This document shows, piece by piece, positions 39,452 through 49,500 of a DNA stretch of 50,564 nucleotides. Numbering within the stretch: the stretch's first letter is position 1; each line of letters begins with the position of its first letter. The stretch is from a bacterium. GTDB lineage: Bacteria; SZUA-182; DTGQ01. The stretch covers positions 1 to 50,564 of the forward strand of contig JBFMGO010000034.1 in NCBI GenBank assembly GCA_040752695.1. The letters are read 5' to 3'. The notes beneath the pieces are model-generated. The model was not told the DNA's origin. It saw only the letters and a program-made list of their open reading frames with translations, and did no database searches. A program made the translations under genes and the position numbers.

Positions 39452-39480
39452 ACTATATTGTGCCCCCGCCTAAAAGGCAA
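39452..39480 (-). promoter_or_regulatory. sigma70 promoter of groESL
   Basis: TTGCCT-N17-TATAGT immediately upstream of CIRCE. Confidence 0.7.
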
Positions 39481-39593
39481 GCCGAAAAATGCGTGATGGA
39501 GGGCAGTTTTTTGCCGTTTAAGATGATTAATATACCTTTACTCAAGTTTTTACTTGTTTCCCCGTAGTTTTACCATTTTTTAGCCGAAATGGT

Positions 39594-40682
39594 TTACAGT
39601 CCATCCAGATCACTCAGTTGTTTCTTAAGCCACTCTTCAATATCATCTTCTTCCCAGGCAGAGAGTTTGGCCAAAGATATGCGCCTTTTCCGGTAATAAA
39701 CCAGGAGGAAGACTATACTTATAATAAACCACAGAACCAGTGAACTGGTCAGAACCGGAACCCAGGTGTAGAGTAAACGCAAACGCTTTTTCCACAGGAT
39801 TTCCAGCTCATCCAGACCGAGTCCGAGACTTGCGGTCAGCGCCTTATCGATTTCATCTCCCCGGATCAGAAGGTGAACGATCTTTCGCAGGGAGTTTTCC
39901 CCATAGGTATCGAGAATAAAGGAAACCATGCTTATGCTTTGCACATAGGCAGTCTGGAGCTGATCCGGGTCGGAGGGAAAGGAGTGTTCGAGTTGTCGGA
40001 AAGGGATGATGGTTCGGGTTAAACAAATGCGGGTCATGAGGGTCTGGTAATGCCAGTTCCATTCTCCGGCCTCGTGCATGCACACTCCTTCGTTAAACCA
40101 GGTGGGGATGAGCACCGATGGTCTGCTGAAAGAGGCGGATCCGAGGACAATGTGGGTGAGTTCGTGAATGAAGGTTTTTTCCAGTTGAATGGTTCCGCTC
40201 GATGCGGCCCTGGGAGACAGGAGCAAAATGCGGAATAACCCAGGGTAGGCAAGTCCTACGGCTTGCTCACTTATCGGGGAGGGAGCAGGCTGGAGGCTGA
40301 TGAATACCTCTTTTGAACTGGCCAGGTAGAGGGTGGTTTTTCGGTCAGGATGAAGACCGAGATGGGTGGTTACCAAGTCGTAGGATTCTTCGGCCAGAGC
40401 GGCCAACTCGCGGGAAAAGTACTCATCTACGGCCGTATAGTGGATCGTGAAGTGAGGAGTCTCGATGATGAGCCACTCTTCCTTGCAGTCCGGCAGCCAG
40501 GTGCGGGGAAGGTTATGATTCCCAGCGTGTAGGGCTGATGCAAAGGACAGCCCCACGGTGTACGACGGTGATAGCCCCATGGTACACGGCAGCCAGAGGA
40601 TGGTCAGCCCGAGGCAAAAAAGCAGATATGCCTGGTATATCAGGTTGGAGTAAATCTTCATTGGTAGAGATACCCGATCCAT
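39594..40682 (-). CDS. Peptidase MA-like metallopeptidase with C-terminal membrane anchor
   Basis: ETPHFTIHY, HELTH zinc motif, PTWFNEG, AYVQS, C-terminal TM. Confidence 0.82.
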   Translation of the reverse strand: MDRVSLPMKIYSNLIYQAYLLFCLGLTILWLPCTMGLSPSYTVGLSFASALHAGNHNLPRTWLPDCKEEWLIIETPHFTIHYTAVDEYFSRELAALAEESYDLVTTHLGLHPDRKTTLYLASSKEVFISLQPAPSPISEQAVGLAYPGLFRILLLSPRAASSGTIQLEKTFIHELTHIVLGSASFSRPSVLIPTWFNEGVCMHEAGEWNWHYQTLMTRICLTRTIIPFRQLEHSFPSDPDQLQTAYVQSISMVSFILDTYGENSLRKIVHLLIRGDEIDKALTASLGLGLDELEILWKKRLRLLYTWVPVLTSSLVLWFIISIVFLLVYYRKRRISLAKLSAWEEDDIEEWLKKQLSDLDGL

Positions 40683-40700
40683 ATTGACATAAACAGATAC

Positions 40701-43145
40701 CTAATCCATCTTGACGTAAGGAGTGACAGTGAAACCGGCTCCATCAGTTTCAACCCTGACCGCCCCATCACGATCGGTGCGGTAAATCTCGCACGGCAGA
40801 CTTCGATAGCGATTGAGTGTTATGGGATGAGGAAAACGCTGCCTGCCGTAATTTCTGCCGGAAAAGACTGCCGCCTTGGGAGATACCCTGTGCAGGAAAG
40901 GCAGCGTGCTGCTATAGCGGCTGCCATGATGGGGAACCTTCAAAACCGTGGACTGTAACTTTTCCCCAAGAGTTAAAAGCCTGCCTTCAGCCTTCGACTG
41001 TATATCGCCGGTAAACAGAAAGCTTATGTGACGGTAAGATAATTTCAGGACCAGAGAACAGTTGTTTTCCTCCTTGTAGGTTGCCTTTGAATTTATCGGC
41101 TGATCAGGCAAATTACCATCAGCCATAACTTCAATCAAAACGCCGTCCAAAGCGGCTCGTTCCCCACGGGCCACGGTCCTGACAGGAATCCGTTTTCTTC
41201 GGCTTATGTCCTCAAAAAGACGGTACTCCCTGGACGCTGAGCGATTCATTGTTTTCCAAACCCGCCCGATAGTAAAATTTTTCAGAATAAATAAAAGGCC
41301 ATTGAGGTGATCCGGATGAGGATGAGAGAGGACGACCAGATCCAGGGTATCAATTTTTTCATGCCACAGATAAGGGGCAATAATTCTATGGCCGACATCG
41401 AATTCATTATGATTGTAACTTCCCCCTCCGTCAATCAAAATGTGTCTACCCGATGGGGTCTGGATGACACAGGCATCCCCCCTGCCGACATCCAGAAACG
41501 TTACGGTCAGCATCTTGGGGGGGATGGGCCGGGAGGATCGGGGCAGGAGAACGAAAAGGAGCACAAGGAGAAAAGATAAGAAGGGGATGAGGTACCTGAT
41601 TCTCCTTTCAAGGGATGAGTTTCTCATCCAATGCCGCAGGAGAAAAGCGGAAATAAATATGCACACGTATATGATAAATACATGAACCTTAGAAGGAGAA
41701 GGAAGGTAGAAAAAAGACAAGGGAATTCTGACGGCCGAGGAATTGAGCCGGATCAAAAGGCCGGCAAGGAACGCTCCAGTCTGAAAAAGGAGCCCGGCCA
41801 GACCAGGACAAAGAGGGAGTATCACCATGGCTCCAAGCCCTGTATAAAGGATTCCTAAGACCAGGAGCGCTGCAGCAAGGTTGGTGAAAATCCCTCCCGG
41901 ACAGATGATATTGAAATAGTAGGCAGTCAATGGGCTGGTGATAAGAAAAGCGGCCAGGGATAAAAACCATGAGAGGAAAAGGGAGCGCTTAAAATATATG
42001 AGAAGCCTCCTTAAGAAGGATGCCGGGGATGGGAAAGGGACCTTTAGGTCTGAGAGATATTCGATCATGAAAATGACACCGAAAGAAGCCAGAAAAGTCA
42101 ATTGAAAATCGAGCCGCAAAACAGATGAAGGCTGCCAGAGCACAATGCAAAAGCCTGCAATAATGAGGGGTCTTAAGAAGCCTTTGTTTCTCTCAAGAAG
42201 CAGGGAGAGAAAGAAAAGGGTGACGATAATGCATGCCCGAATGGTCGAGATCCTGCTTCCGGTCAGAGCGGTATAAAGGATAATCAGGGGGATGGATAGC
42301 AGGGCGGCCAGACGGGAAGGCCGTATCAGGCATGAGAGCATCTCGATGAGCCGGTCGGGCAACAAGCGCAAGAGAAGGAATCTGAGGCAGAAAAAAGCGG
42401 CTAAAGCCAGGATGGTAAGGTGAAAGCCAGAAATGGAAAGGAGGTGAATGGTGCCTGCCTCGCTGAATAATTCTTTGATTTGATTTGGTACTTTGTGCCT
42501 TTCGCCTAAAAGGATAGCCTGAAGAAGTCCTGAATATGGCCATGATGTCGTGTTTTCAATATGTTTTGATATGCGAGAGCGGAACGCATAGAGCCATCGG
42601 AGGATAAGTTCAGGATATGGAATCGTTTTTGCTTCTTTATAAGGAGCGAGAGATTTGATACTGCCGGTGGCGAAAACACCTTTTTGGGAGAGATATTCTT
42701 TATACGAAAATCCTCCCGGATTCTTATAGTCCAGGGGGAGGCGCAATTGGGCGGTTACCTGGACGGTGTCATAATATTGGCACCTTAGTGTGGGGTTATA
42801 CCAGGTGAGCTGGACACCTCCCAGGGTCATAACATTTCGTTCCGGGAGAATAATTTTTTGCACCTCAAGGTGAAGACGGGTTTTGCGAAGAAATTCTTCA
42901 GGCGGCTCGATGATCCGGCCAATCAGGGTAATCGGGAAATCGATGGAATTTGGATCTTTATCTAAATAATGCGTAAGGTGATTTGGGGGCAGGTCGTCTA
43001 TCTGAGCAAAGCCTGTATGCAAAAAGGGAGAGTTCATGTAGATCAGGAGCGGAGAGAGCACAATCAGCAAAAAGAACAGGCGACTTTGAGATGTGAGCAG
43101 TTTTGACCAAAGTGGAGAGATCCCACCAAAAGTTATTTTATTCAT
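40701..43145 (-). CDS. comEC: ComEC/Rec2 DNA internalization competence protein
   Basis: NPGGFSY, HLLSISGFH, FQLTF, FLDVGRGD, SHPHPDHLNG, KVPHHGS. Start uncertain; the ORF is open to 43559. Confidence 0.9.
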   Translation of the reverse strand: MNKITFGGISPLWSKLLTSQSRLFFLLIVLSPLLIYMNSPFLHTGFAQIDDLPPNHLTHYLDKDPNSIDFPITLIGRIIEPPEEFLRKTRLHLEVQKIILPERNVMTLGGVQLTWYNPTLRCQYYDTVQVTAQLRLPLDYKNPGGFSYKEYLSQKGVFATGSIKSLAPYKEAKTIPYPELILRWLYAFRSRISKHIENTTSWPYSGLLQAILLGERHKVPNQIKELFSEAGTIHLLSISGFHLTILALAAFFCLRFLLLRLLPDRLIEMLSCLIRPSRLAALLSIPLIILYTALTGSRISTIRACIIVTLFFLSLLLERNKGFLRPLIIAGFCIVLWQPSSVLRLDFQLTFLASFGVIFMIEYLSDLKVPFPSPASFLRRLLIYFKRSLFLSWFLSLAAFLITSPLTAYYFNIICPGGIFTNLAAALLVLGILYTGLGAMVILPLCPGLAGLLFQTGAFLAGLLIRLNSSAVRIPLSFFYLPSPSKVHVFIIYVCIFISAFLLRHWMRNSSLERRIRYLIPFLSFLLVLLFVLLPRSSRPIPPKMLTVTFLDVGRGDACVIQTPSGRHILIDGGGSYNHNEFDVGHRIIAPYLWHEKIDTLDLVVLSHPHPDHLNGLLFILKNFTIGRVWKTMNRSASREYRLFEDISRRKRIPVRTVARGERAALDGVLIEVMADGNLPDQPINSKATYKEENNCSLVLKLSYRHISFLFTGDIQSKAEGRLLTLGEKLQSTVLKVPHHGSRYSSTLPFLHRVSPKAAVFSGRNYGRQRFPHPITLNRYRSLPCEIYRTDRDGAVRVETDGAGFTVTPYVKMD

Positions 43146-43516
43146 AGCACAGTAAGGAAATGAGTTGTTGATGCGCCAAGTAAAATTGGAAAGAGTAGAA
43201 AACTTTATCCGCAGCTTTATCTTCAATACTATAAAGCAATTTATGTACGATGGCAAGAGAGGATATGCCTCATCGGAGTATGCAATAAGATTCATAGATA
43301 TGTATTCAATTTCATTTTTGTGTAATGTCTTGTTAAATAAGCTGATGCTAAAGGTGGTATTTAGGGTATATGAAAGTGTTTTCATACCTTTTTCTCCAAA
43401 AGGTAAGAGGTTGGGCTCTATTTTGAGGGGAAGATCCTTTATCAGCAAGGCTGAAGTAAGAGCTTGGTATGAGAAAAGGTTTGGTATGGAAAGCATTTCG
43501 TTTCTGATCGGTGATA

Positions 43517-43532
43517 TGGCATAGATGTTGCA
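43517..43532 (+). promoter_or_regulatory. sigma54 (-24/-12) promoter candidate of the surface protein gene
   Basis: TGGCATAGATGTTGCA (GG-N10-GC), ~270 bp upstream of ATG 43801. Confidence 0.6.
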
Positions 43533-43800
43533 AAACATTTTTAAGAATATCACTGGCATCCCTTAATACCAGTGGAAAGGGCGGAAAGCATATAAAGGTA
43601 AGGTATTGAGGTTGATCCTCTTCTCGAAAATATTTTTGGTTATGCTAGGAGGTGATCGTATGATCGGTGAAAAAAAGATAAAGAAGGAGGTGAATACCGG
43701 GGCGGGAATTTAACTGATTGAGATTACAGTGTGTTGTAATTTAGGCTAAAGAGCAAGCTTTCTGAAGGAAGGAGATTTTTTTTTGAAAGGAGTCATGGTT

Positions 43801-46170
43801 ATGAATAAAAAAGGGTTTTGGAAAGTTTTAATGGTAAGTTTGGTTATGGCTTCAGCGATCGGGTTGATGGCCAGCGGGGCGATTGCCCAGAATATCCCGA
43901 CTCAACTGCAACTCCGTGAAGGAAAAGGACAGCAAGTAGGCGGGACGATAGTTCTTGATAACTTCCAGTATTGGAACAGTCCTCGTGACCAAGGGTGGAA
44001 GGCGTATGAGCCTGCCTATCCAATCTGGGGTGCTGGTATTGGCTTAGGCATTTATGAAACAGTCGTTGATTTTCAGGAAGGCAGCCGGGTACTTGAGGTT
44101 CACTCTAACCCATCAGTTTTTCTGCCGATGGGCGGGAATCAATATATGCCTTTCACCATCACCAAAGATGCAAATTACTTTGATGCCGGCAACGAAGCAA
44201 GAAAAGGTATCCCTGGTGCTTTCAGTACCATGAGCTTGAACTTGAGAGCACCCCTGTCAGTTGAATGGTTCGATACCTTCAGAGTGATCGTCAGAGTAAG
44301 AGTGATTGCTGATGTCACCCCAAGTGCTAGTGGTATGATTGATATCGGTGGCGGTGATCTGAGAGAAGTTCCTCTTGGCGCTGACGATATTTGCGGTACT
44401 CCTGTCGCTCTTGGTTTGGCTGACATCATCTACTATCCCAGAGAGACTCAGGTCGGCTGCACTCCCGATAACGGTCCAGCCAGAATTACCAAGGTTGACC
44501 AGCCTACGATCAGACCTGCGGCACCAGCTACCGGTTTTGTGCATGGCAGCCCGGAAGTCAACGTTTATACTCCTAATGGCGAGTTCATTGCTGCCGGAGC
44601 TAACGGCGAAGTCGCTCAGCCTTCCAGAGTATGGGTTGCGCTGGGAAGAGAATTCCAGGATGGTTCATGGCATATGATTATGGAAGATCTGGACGACATT
44701 ATTGCTGCACTCTCTAACAATGCAGAGCACATTTTCGAAATCGTGAGCGTAACTGTCAGAGGTAATCAGTACCGGATGGACGACCTTATGTTCACCGCTC
44801 CTGCTGCCTCTATTGCCAATAATAACGCTCCTTACCTGTTCCGCATAGGTCCAGTATACGGTCAGTTGTTCAACGTCAACCAGACCAGATACGTTTTTGC
44901 TGAAGATATCGACCTTCTCTGGCTCTTCAGCGATCAGGCCCTGCTTATAAAGGCTCAGAATGATCCTGACCTTACTCAGCAGTTGTCTGGACTGCCTGCA
45001 GGATGCCGTTTGGCCCAAAGATTACAGACTGTAAACCCGGCCAATCCACCTGACTTCCCGTTCATTGAAGATGCTACAGGTCTTACTCCAGGTCAGGCTG
45101 GTTTTGATGCGGCAACCGCAATGTTTGTCAATCCTGTTGTTACTCCGGCGCCTGCTGCTGGTGCGCAGAGCCCGGCTTTGTTCCCTGCTGGCGGAGCTCC
45201 TTCACTGACCTTCAAGTTTACCGTGGGTGATGCTCTTGGCTCAGTAAGCAGTATGGGTCAGCCAGTACCACTGCCTGCTACCGTTGCCGATGTTACTCAG
45301 GCTTATATGCGCTCGATGCCTCCTCAGCTTCCTGCTATGGACGTTGCGACTAGAGCATGGGTAAGCAATAACGGTGCTGCCGCTGTCGGTAACCCAATGT
45401 ATGCTCTGGTCTGCGCCATGGTTAACAGTGGATACAGAGTATGGCCTACTATTCAGATGCTGAGACCCTCTGCCGGTCAAGTCTTCGAAGATCTGATCGT
45501 AACCTGCCGGGTTGAGGACATTAATGGCGTTGCTGATATGGAAACCTTCCCGGTCAGCGTAGTGAATTATCCTGTAACCAATCTGCCTCCACTTATTGAG
45601 CAACTGGAAGATAAATTCTTCCCCACGAACGAGACCTCGGTATATCAGATTACCGCTACTGACCCGGATTTTGCCGATATGGCAAACGGCTTGACCTACA
45701 AGGCTACCTTGAATGGACTGCCAAACTATCAGTATGGTCCCTGGATGGAGCAAATTATTAATCCTATTACTGGTACCATCTCCCTTACTCCTCAGTTTGA
45801 GGGTGCTCTGACATGCACCATAACCGTTACCGACCCTCGTGGTGCTCAGGCTGTGGGCTATTTCAATATCTTCTGCATTGGCGGTGGTACCTGGTTGAAC
45901 CATCCACCTGCAGTGCTCGAGATTATCGAATCTCCGCAAGTTGTTAAAGCTGGTCAGGCTTTCATCATCAGCGATCTGCGCATAGCCGATCCTGATGGTC
46001 AGCAGCTGTACTACTCCTGCAACATCGGTGCTGTTGGCAGAAACGGTATCTACAGATTCCAGAGCGAATTCCCAGGCGAATACCTGGTCCAGATTACCGC
46101 ATACGACAACAACGGTGCCGCTGTTACACAGCAGTTCGTACTGCAAGTACTGCCATTCTGGTCATATTAA
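43801..46170 (+). CDS. Secreted surface protein (paralog C) with C-terminal cadherin/Ig-like repeats; S-layer candidate
   Basis: Sec signal ending AIA/QN, motif FQDGSWHMI, repeats starting NLPP/NHPP with ITATDPD, ITVTDP, ADPDG, ITAYD. Monocistronic with a strong terminator. Confidence 0.8.
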   Translation: MNKKGFWKVLMVSLVMASAIGLMASGAIAQNIPTQLQLREGKGQQVGGTIVLDNFQYWNSPRDQGWKAYEPAYPIWGAGIGLGIYETVVDFQEGSRVLEVHSNPSVFLPMGGNQYMPFTITKDANYFDAGNEARKGIPGAFSTMSLNLRAPLSVEWFDTFRVIVRVRVIADVTPSASGMIDIGGGDLREVPLGADDICGTPVALGLADIIYYPRETQVGCTPDNGPARITKVDQPTIRPAAPATGFVHGSPEVNVYTPNGEFIAAGANGEVAQPSRVWVALGREFQDGSWHMIMEDLDDIIAALSNNAEHIFEIVSVTVRGNQYRMDDLMFTAPAASIANNNAPYLFRIGPVYGQLFNVNQTRYVFAEDIDLLWLFSDQALLIKAQNDPDLTQQLSGLPAGCRLAQRLQTVNPANPPDFPFIEDATGLTPGQAGFDAATAMFVNPVVTPAPAAGAQSPALFPAGGAPSLTFKFTVGDALGSVSSMGQPVPLPATVADVTQAYMRSMPPQLPAMDVATRAWVSNNGAAAVGNPMYALVCAMVNSGYRVWPTIQMLRPSAGQVFEDLIVTCRVEDINGVADMETFPVSVVNYPVTNLPPLIEQLEDKFFPTNETSVYQITATDPDFADMANGLTYKATLNGLPNYQYGPWMEQIINPITGTISLTPQFEGALTCTITVTDPRGAQAVGYFNIFCIGGGTWLNHPPAVLEIIESPQVVKAGQAFIISDLRIADPDGQQLYYSCNIGAVGRNGIYRFQSEFPGEYLVQITAYDNNGAAVTQQFVLQVLPFWSY

Positions 46171-46221
46171 TCGGTGCTGAGTATCGTGAGATATTAAGAT
46201 ACTGTTAATATCGACATCGAT

Positions 46222-46258
46222 AAGCGGGCAGCAAGTTTCTTGCTGCCCGCTTTTTTTT
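46222..46258 (+). terminator. Intrinsic terminator
   Basis: AAGCGGGCAGCAAG-TTT-CTTGCTGCCCGC followed by T8. Confidence 0.92.
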
Positions 46259-46500
46259 CGTCGTATAGTATAAATCTAACCTGCCTGGAAATTTTTTCTG
46301 AAACCAAAGAGTATATTAAAACGTATAGTAAAAAAAGGATCGAAAAAAGCCACGAATTAGATTTGGAATATGGATCGGATGGATAATAGGATGAGCCGTT
46401 TGATTAGAGGTTGGACGAAACCAGCAAAGAGATAAAGTGCAGTGCATCACCAGTAGTTTATGAATAAGGTGATTGGAAAGGTTCAGCTCATGGAGCTCGA

Positions 46501-49500
46501 TCAGCCTTTTCGAGATATGGAATCTTTTCCGAATTGCCTGGCCTGGTATAAAAAGGCCTCCAGTCTGGTTTTGATGGAGGTTTGCTCGACGCCGTCATAA
46601 GCCAGGTTCAGAAAAGGGAAATCATTATGTTCAAGGCGAACCTTTTTGAGAATAGCGGCAGCAATAGTACCCGGCATGCAGGTGAAAGGCATGACATTAA
46701 TTAAGCCAGCCATATTCTTTCTGGTAAAGTCTATTGCTTTTCCAACACTGAGAATGGCCTCACCCTCAAATGAGGAATGGAGGTAGGGGCTGCTGTAATT
46801 GAGGAGCTGTTCGACCGAAGGATCCTCTCCATTGAAGATAGCGGTGGACAATAGCCGGTGAATTCTCTTTTCATCTTTTTTTTGGAGAATTTCACTGATC
46901 ATGGTTAGAAGCAAATTTTTATAATTACGATTGACCACACTGCGGGATTTACTGGTGTAGTTGGTATAATGGAACCACTCGTTAATAGGTGGCATACTGA
47001 CTTCCCCTCCCAGGTTTTCAACCTCGCGGATTAATTCGCAGTTGCTGAAGCGATTGGCTCTGACGAAAATTTCCCCTACGACGCCGATGATCGGTCTATC
47101 GGTTTTGGGGCCAGGCTGGAACCGGGAAAGAATTTGAAGGATCTGTCCGATGGCAGGCAGGACCGATTTTTGCGTTTCAATGGTTTGGCAGAGGGTGGAA
47201 AGGCACTGACCATATATTCGATCTGCATCTTTGGGTGCTTTTTCGTATGGCCGGTTTTGCAGGAGCCACTTTTCAAGGTAGTCGATAATGACGATTCCCT
47301 GCCAGGCCAGGCGGATAAAGTCGCTGCCGGCGATTCCAATATCACTGTAGAAGGTTTCTCCCTGATTGGGAGAATAGATGGGTACATCAGAAAGGCCCAC
47401 TCTATCGAGGACCATCCGGTGGAGCTGGTAATATTGTCCGAATCGACAGGGTCCGTCACCTGACGGCATGAAGAAGGCACTCCTGTGCGGATCGAACTGA
47501 GGGGAACGGGTGATCTTGATCATATCACCGGTCGTAACAAGACATGGGAAACATTCCTTTCCGGATGTATGCATTCTTCCATATAGAACGGTCTCTTCAT
47601 CCGGCTCTGGCATCACTTCAGCCATTATCCCCTGTGACCTGAAAGCGGAGCAGATAGCGTGAGCATGGTCAGACATGGGAGGAATGAATAACTTCCGATT
47701 GCCCGATGTATGCTTGAAGTTACGGCTAAAGTACAGGGATTGACAGTCAGGGCATTGTTCCGATGAATCAGAAGGCAGATGTACCAGGGGCTTATTGCAC
47801 AGGCTATCGATAAAAGCTTCACATCGGGTAATGATTCCGGCACCGGCGCTGTGCTCGTCGATTTCGATTTGCAGATAGGGCTTTCCTTTCATCGTATGCT
47901 GAAAAAACTGGGTGATGAAGGAATCGGGGCCACAACCGAAATTGGTGAGATAAATTGCATAGCAATTTGCCCTTTCACGGATAAATTGTGCAGCGCTCAG
48001 GATTCTTTGTCCATATCGCCAGTACATGTTTGGCCAGTCTTCGTCAATCTGCTTATGGTGGAGTGGAAGAAAATCCATGGGAACGATCAGAAAACCCATT
48101 TCTCGAAAGATCTTGGGTACTTCAAGATTTAGTCCGGAATCGCAGCCGTTATAGGGTCGGCTGATCAAAATCAGCACTTTTTCCTGGTCTGAAAGGTTCT
48201 TGAGGACTTCCTGGCCTTTTTTTTGGATAGCGGAGTAGAAAGTGTTTTGAGCGGCCTGAGCTGCCGTAATGGCTTTGAGTATCGTGCTCCCGGACTTTCC
48301 CAGGTTGCGGCCAAGCTGCATAAGGTTTTTTTTAAGGGATCTTTTTCCGCGGCGTAAAAATAAGACAGGACGAAGAACCTTAATCCCGTTTTGTTCAAGG
48401 TCAATGGCAGCTGACGCGGTATAGGGGATAGTTTGTACGTAAGGGCAATTAAAACTGTTCGGAAGGCCTTCCTGGTCACTGGGCATGTTGATGATACTGG
48501 GTAAAAAGAGGTAGTCGACGCCCAGTTGAATGAGGTTTTGGATATGGCCATAGGCAACTTTGATTGGAAAGCAGGTATCGGCGATAGCAGCCTGGACCCC
48601 CTGATTGATAATTTCTTTATTGGTAGACTGAGAGAGAACTGCCTCAAACCCCAGAGCTTCAAAAAAGGTGCGCCAGAAGGGAAGCAGTTCGTGGAAGAAC
48701 AGGCATGAGGGAATTCCTACCCGCCCAGAGGGCTTCGTCGGGGAGGAGTTTTTTGCGCCAGAGGGCAGCGGGTATTTCCGGTGAAGCTCCTGCGATCTAT
48801 AGGCGAACAGATCGGCCTGATGGGGCTGGGATCTTTCACTCTTTTTTTCATCGTACCGGTCGCACCGGCTCCCATAGTAGAGCGGTTTATCCTGGTCGAG
48901 GGTTACTTTTTTAATCTGGCAATGGTTAGCACATCCCTTGCACTCGAAGCTCGTAATCTCGTAATGCCGGTGGCTTAAATCGAATCCCCTGAATTTACTC
49001 CTGGTCCAGTTCTGCTTTTCCTGGGCGATCAGGGCAACGCCAATCGCACCGGTAACTTCATGATGCTCTGGAACGATGACGGGTTTTTTCAGGACATGTT
49101 CAAAGGCAGCGACAACTCCTTTATTGGCAGCGACTCCACCCTGAAAAAAGATTCGATCACCGATCTTTCGGCCAGCTACAACGCGGTTGAGGTAGTTATG
49201 AACAATGGAGTAGCTGAGACCTGCCACCAGGTTGTCTTTTGCAGCGCCGCTTTGCTGGTGATGGATAAGGTCAGACTCCATAAATACCGTACATCGCTCA
49301 CCCAATCTCACGGGATCAGAAGCGGAAAGGGCGAGGTCCCCGAATTCCCCCTTGATGCTGATGCCCAGTTTCTCAGCCTGCTCTTCCAAAAAGGAGCCAG
49401 TTCCGGCAGCGCAGACCTTATTCATTTCAAAATCCACAACAGCGCCCTGATCAAGGCTGATATACTTGGAGTCCTGGCCCCCGATCTCCAGGATGGTATC

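Noticed and set aside
43146..43559. 138-aa N-terminal extension of ComEC and the + strand ORF 43165-43524
   Set aside because: AT-rich divergent promoter region with no domain signal; more likely non-coding.
45241..46146. 301-aa antisense ORF (also 19165-20064, 23452-24348, 49060-49878, 10812-11564)
   Set aside because: Shadow frames opposite well-supported genes.
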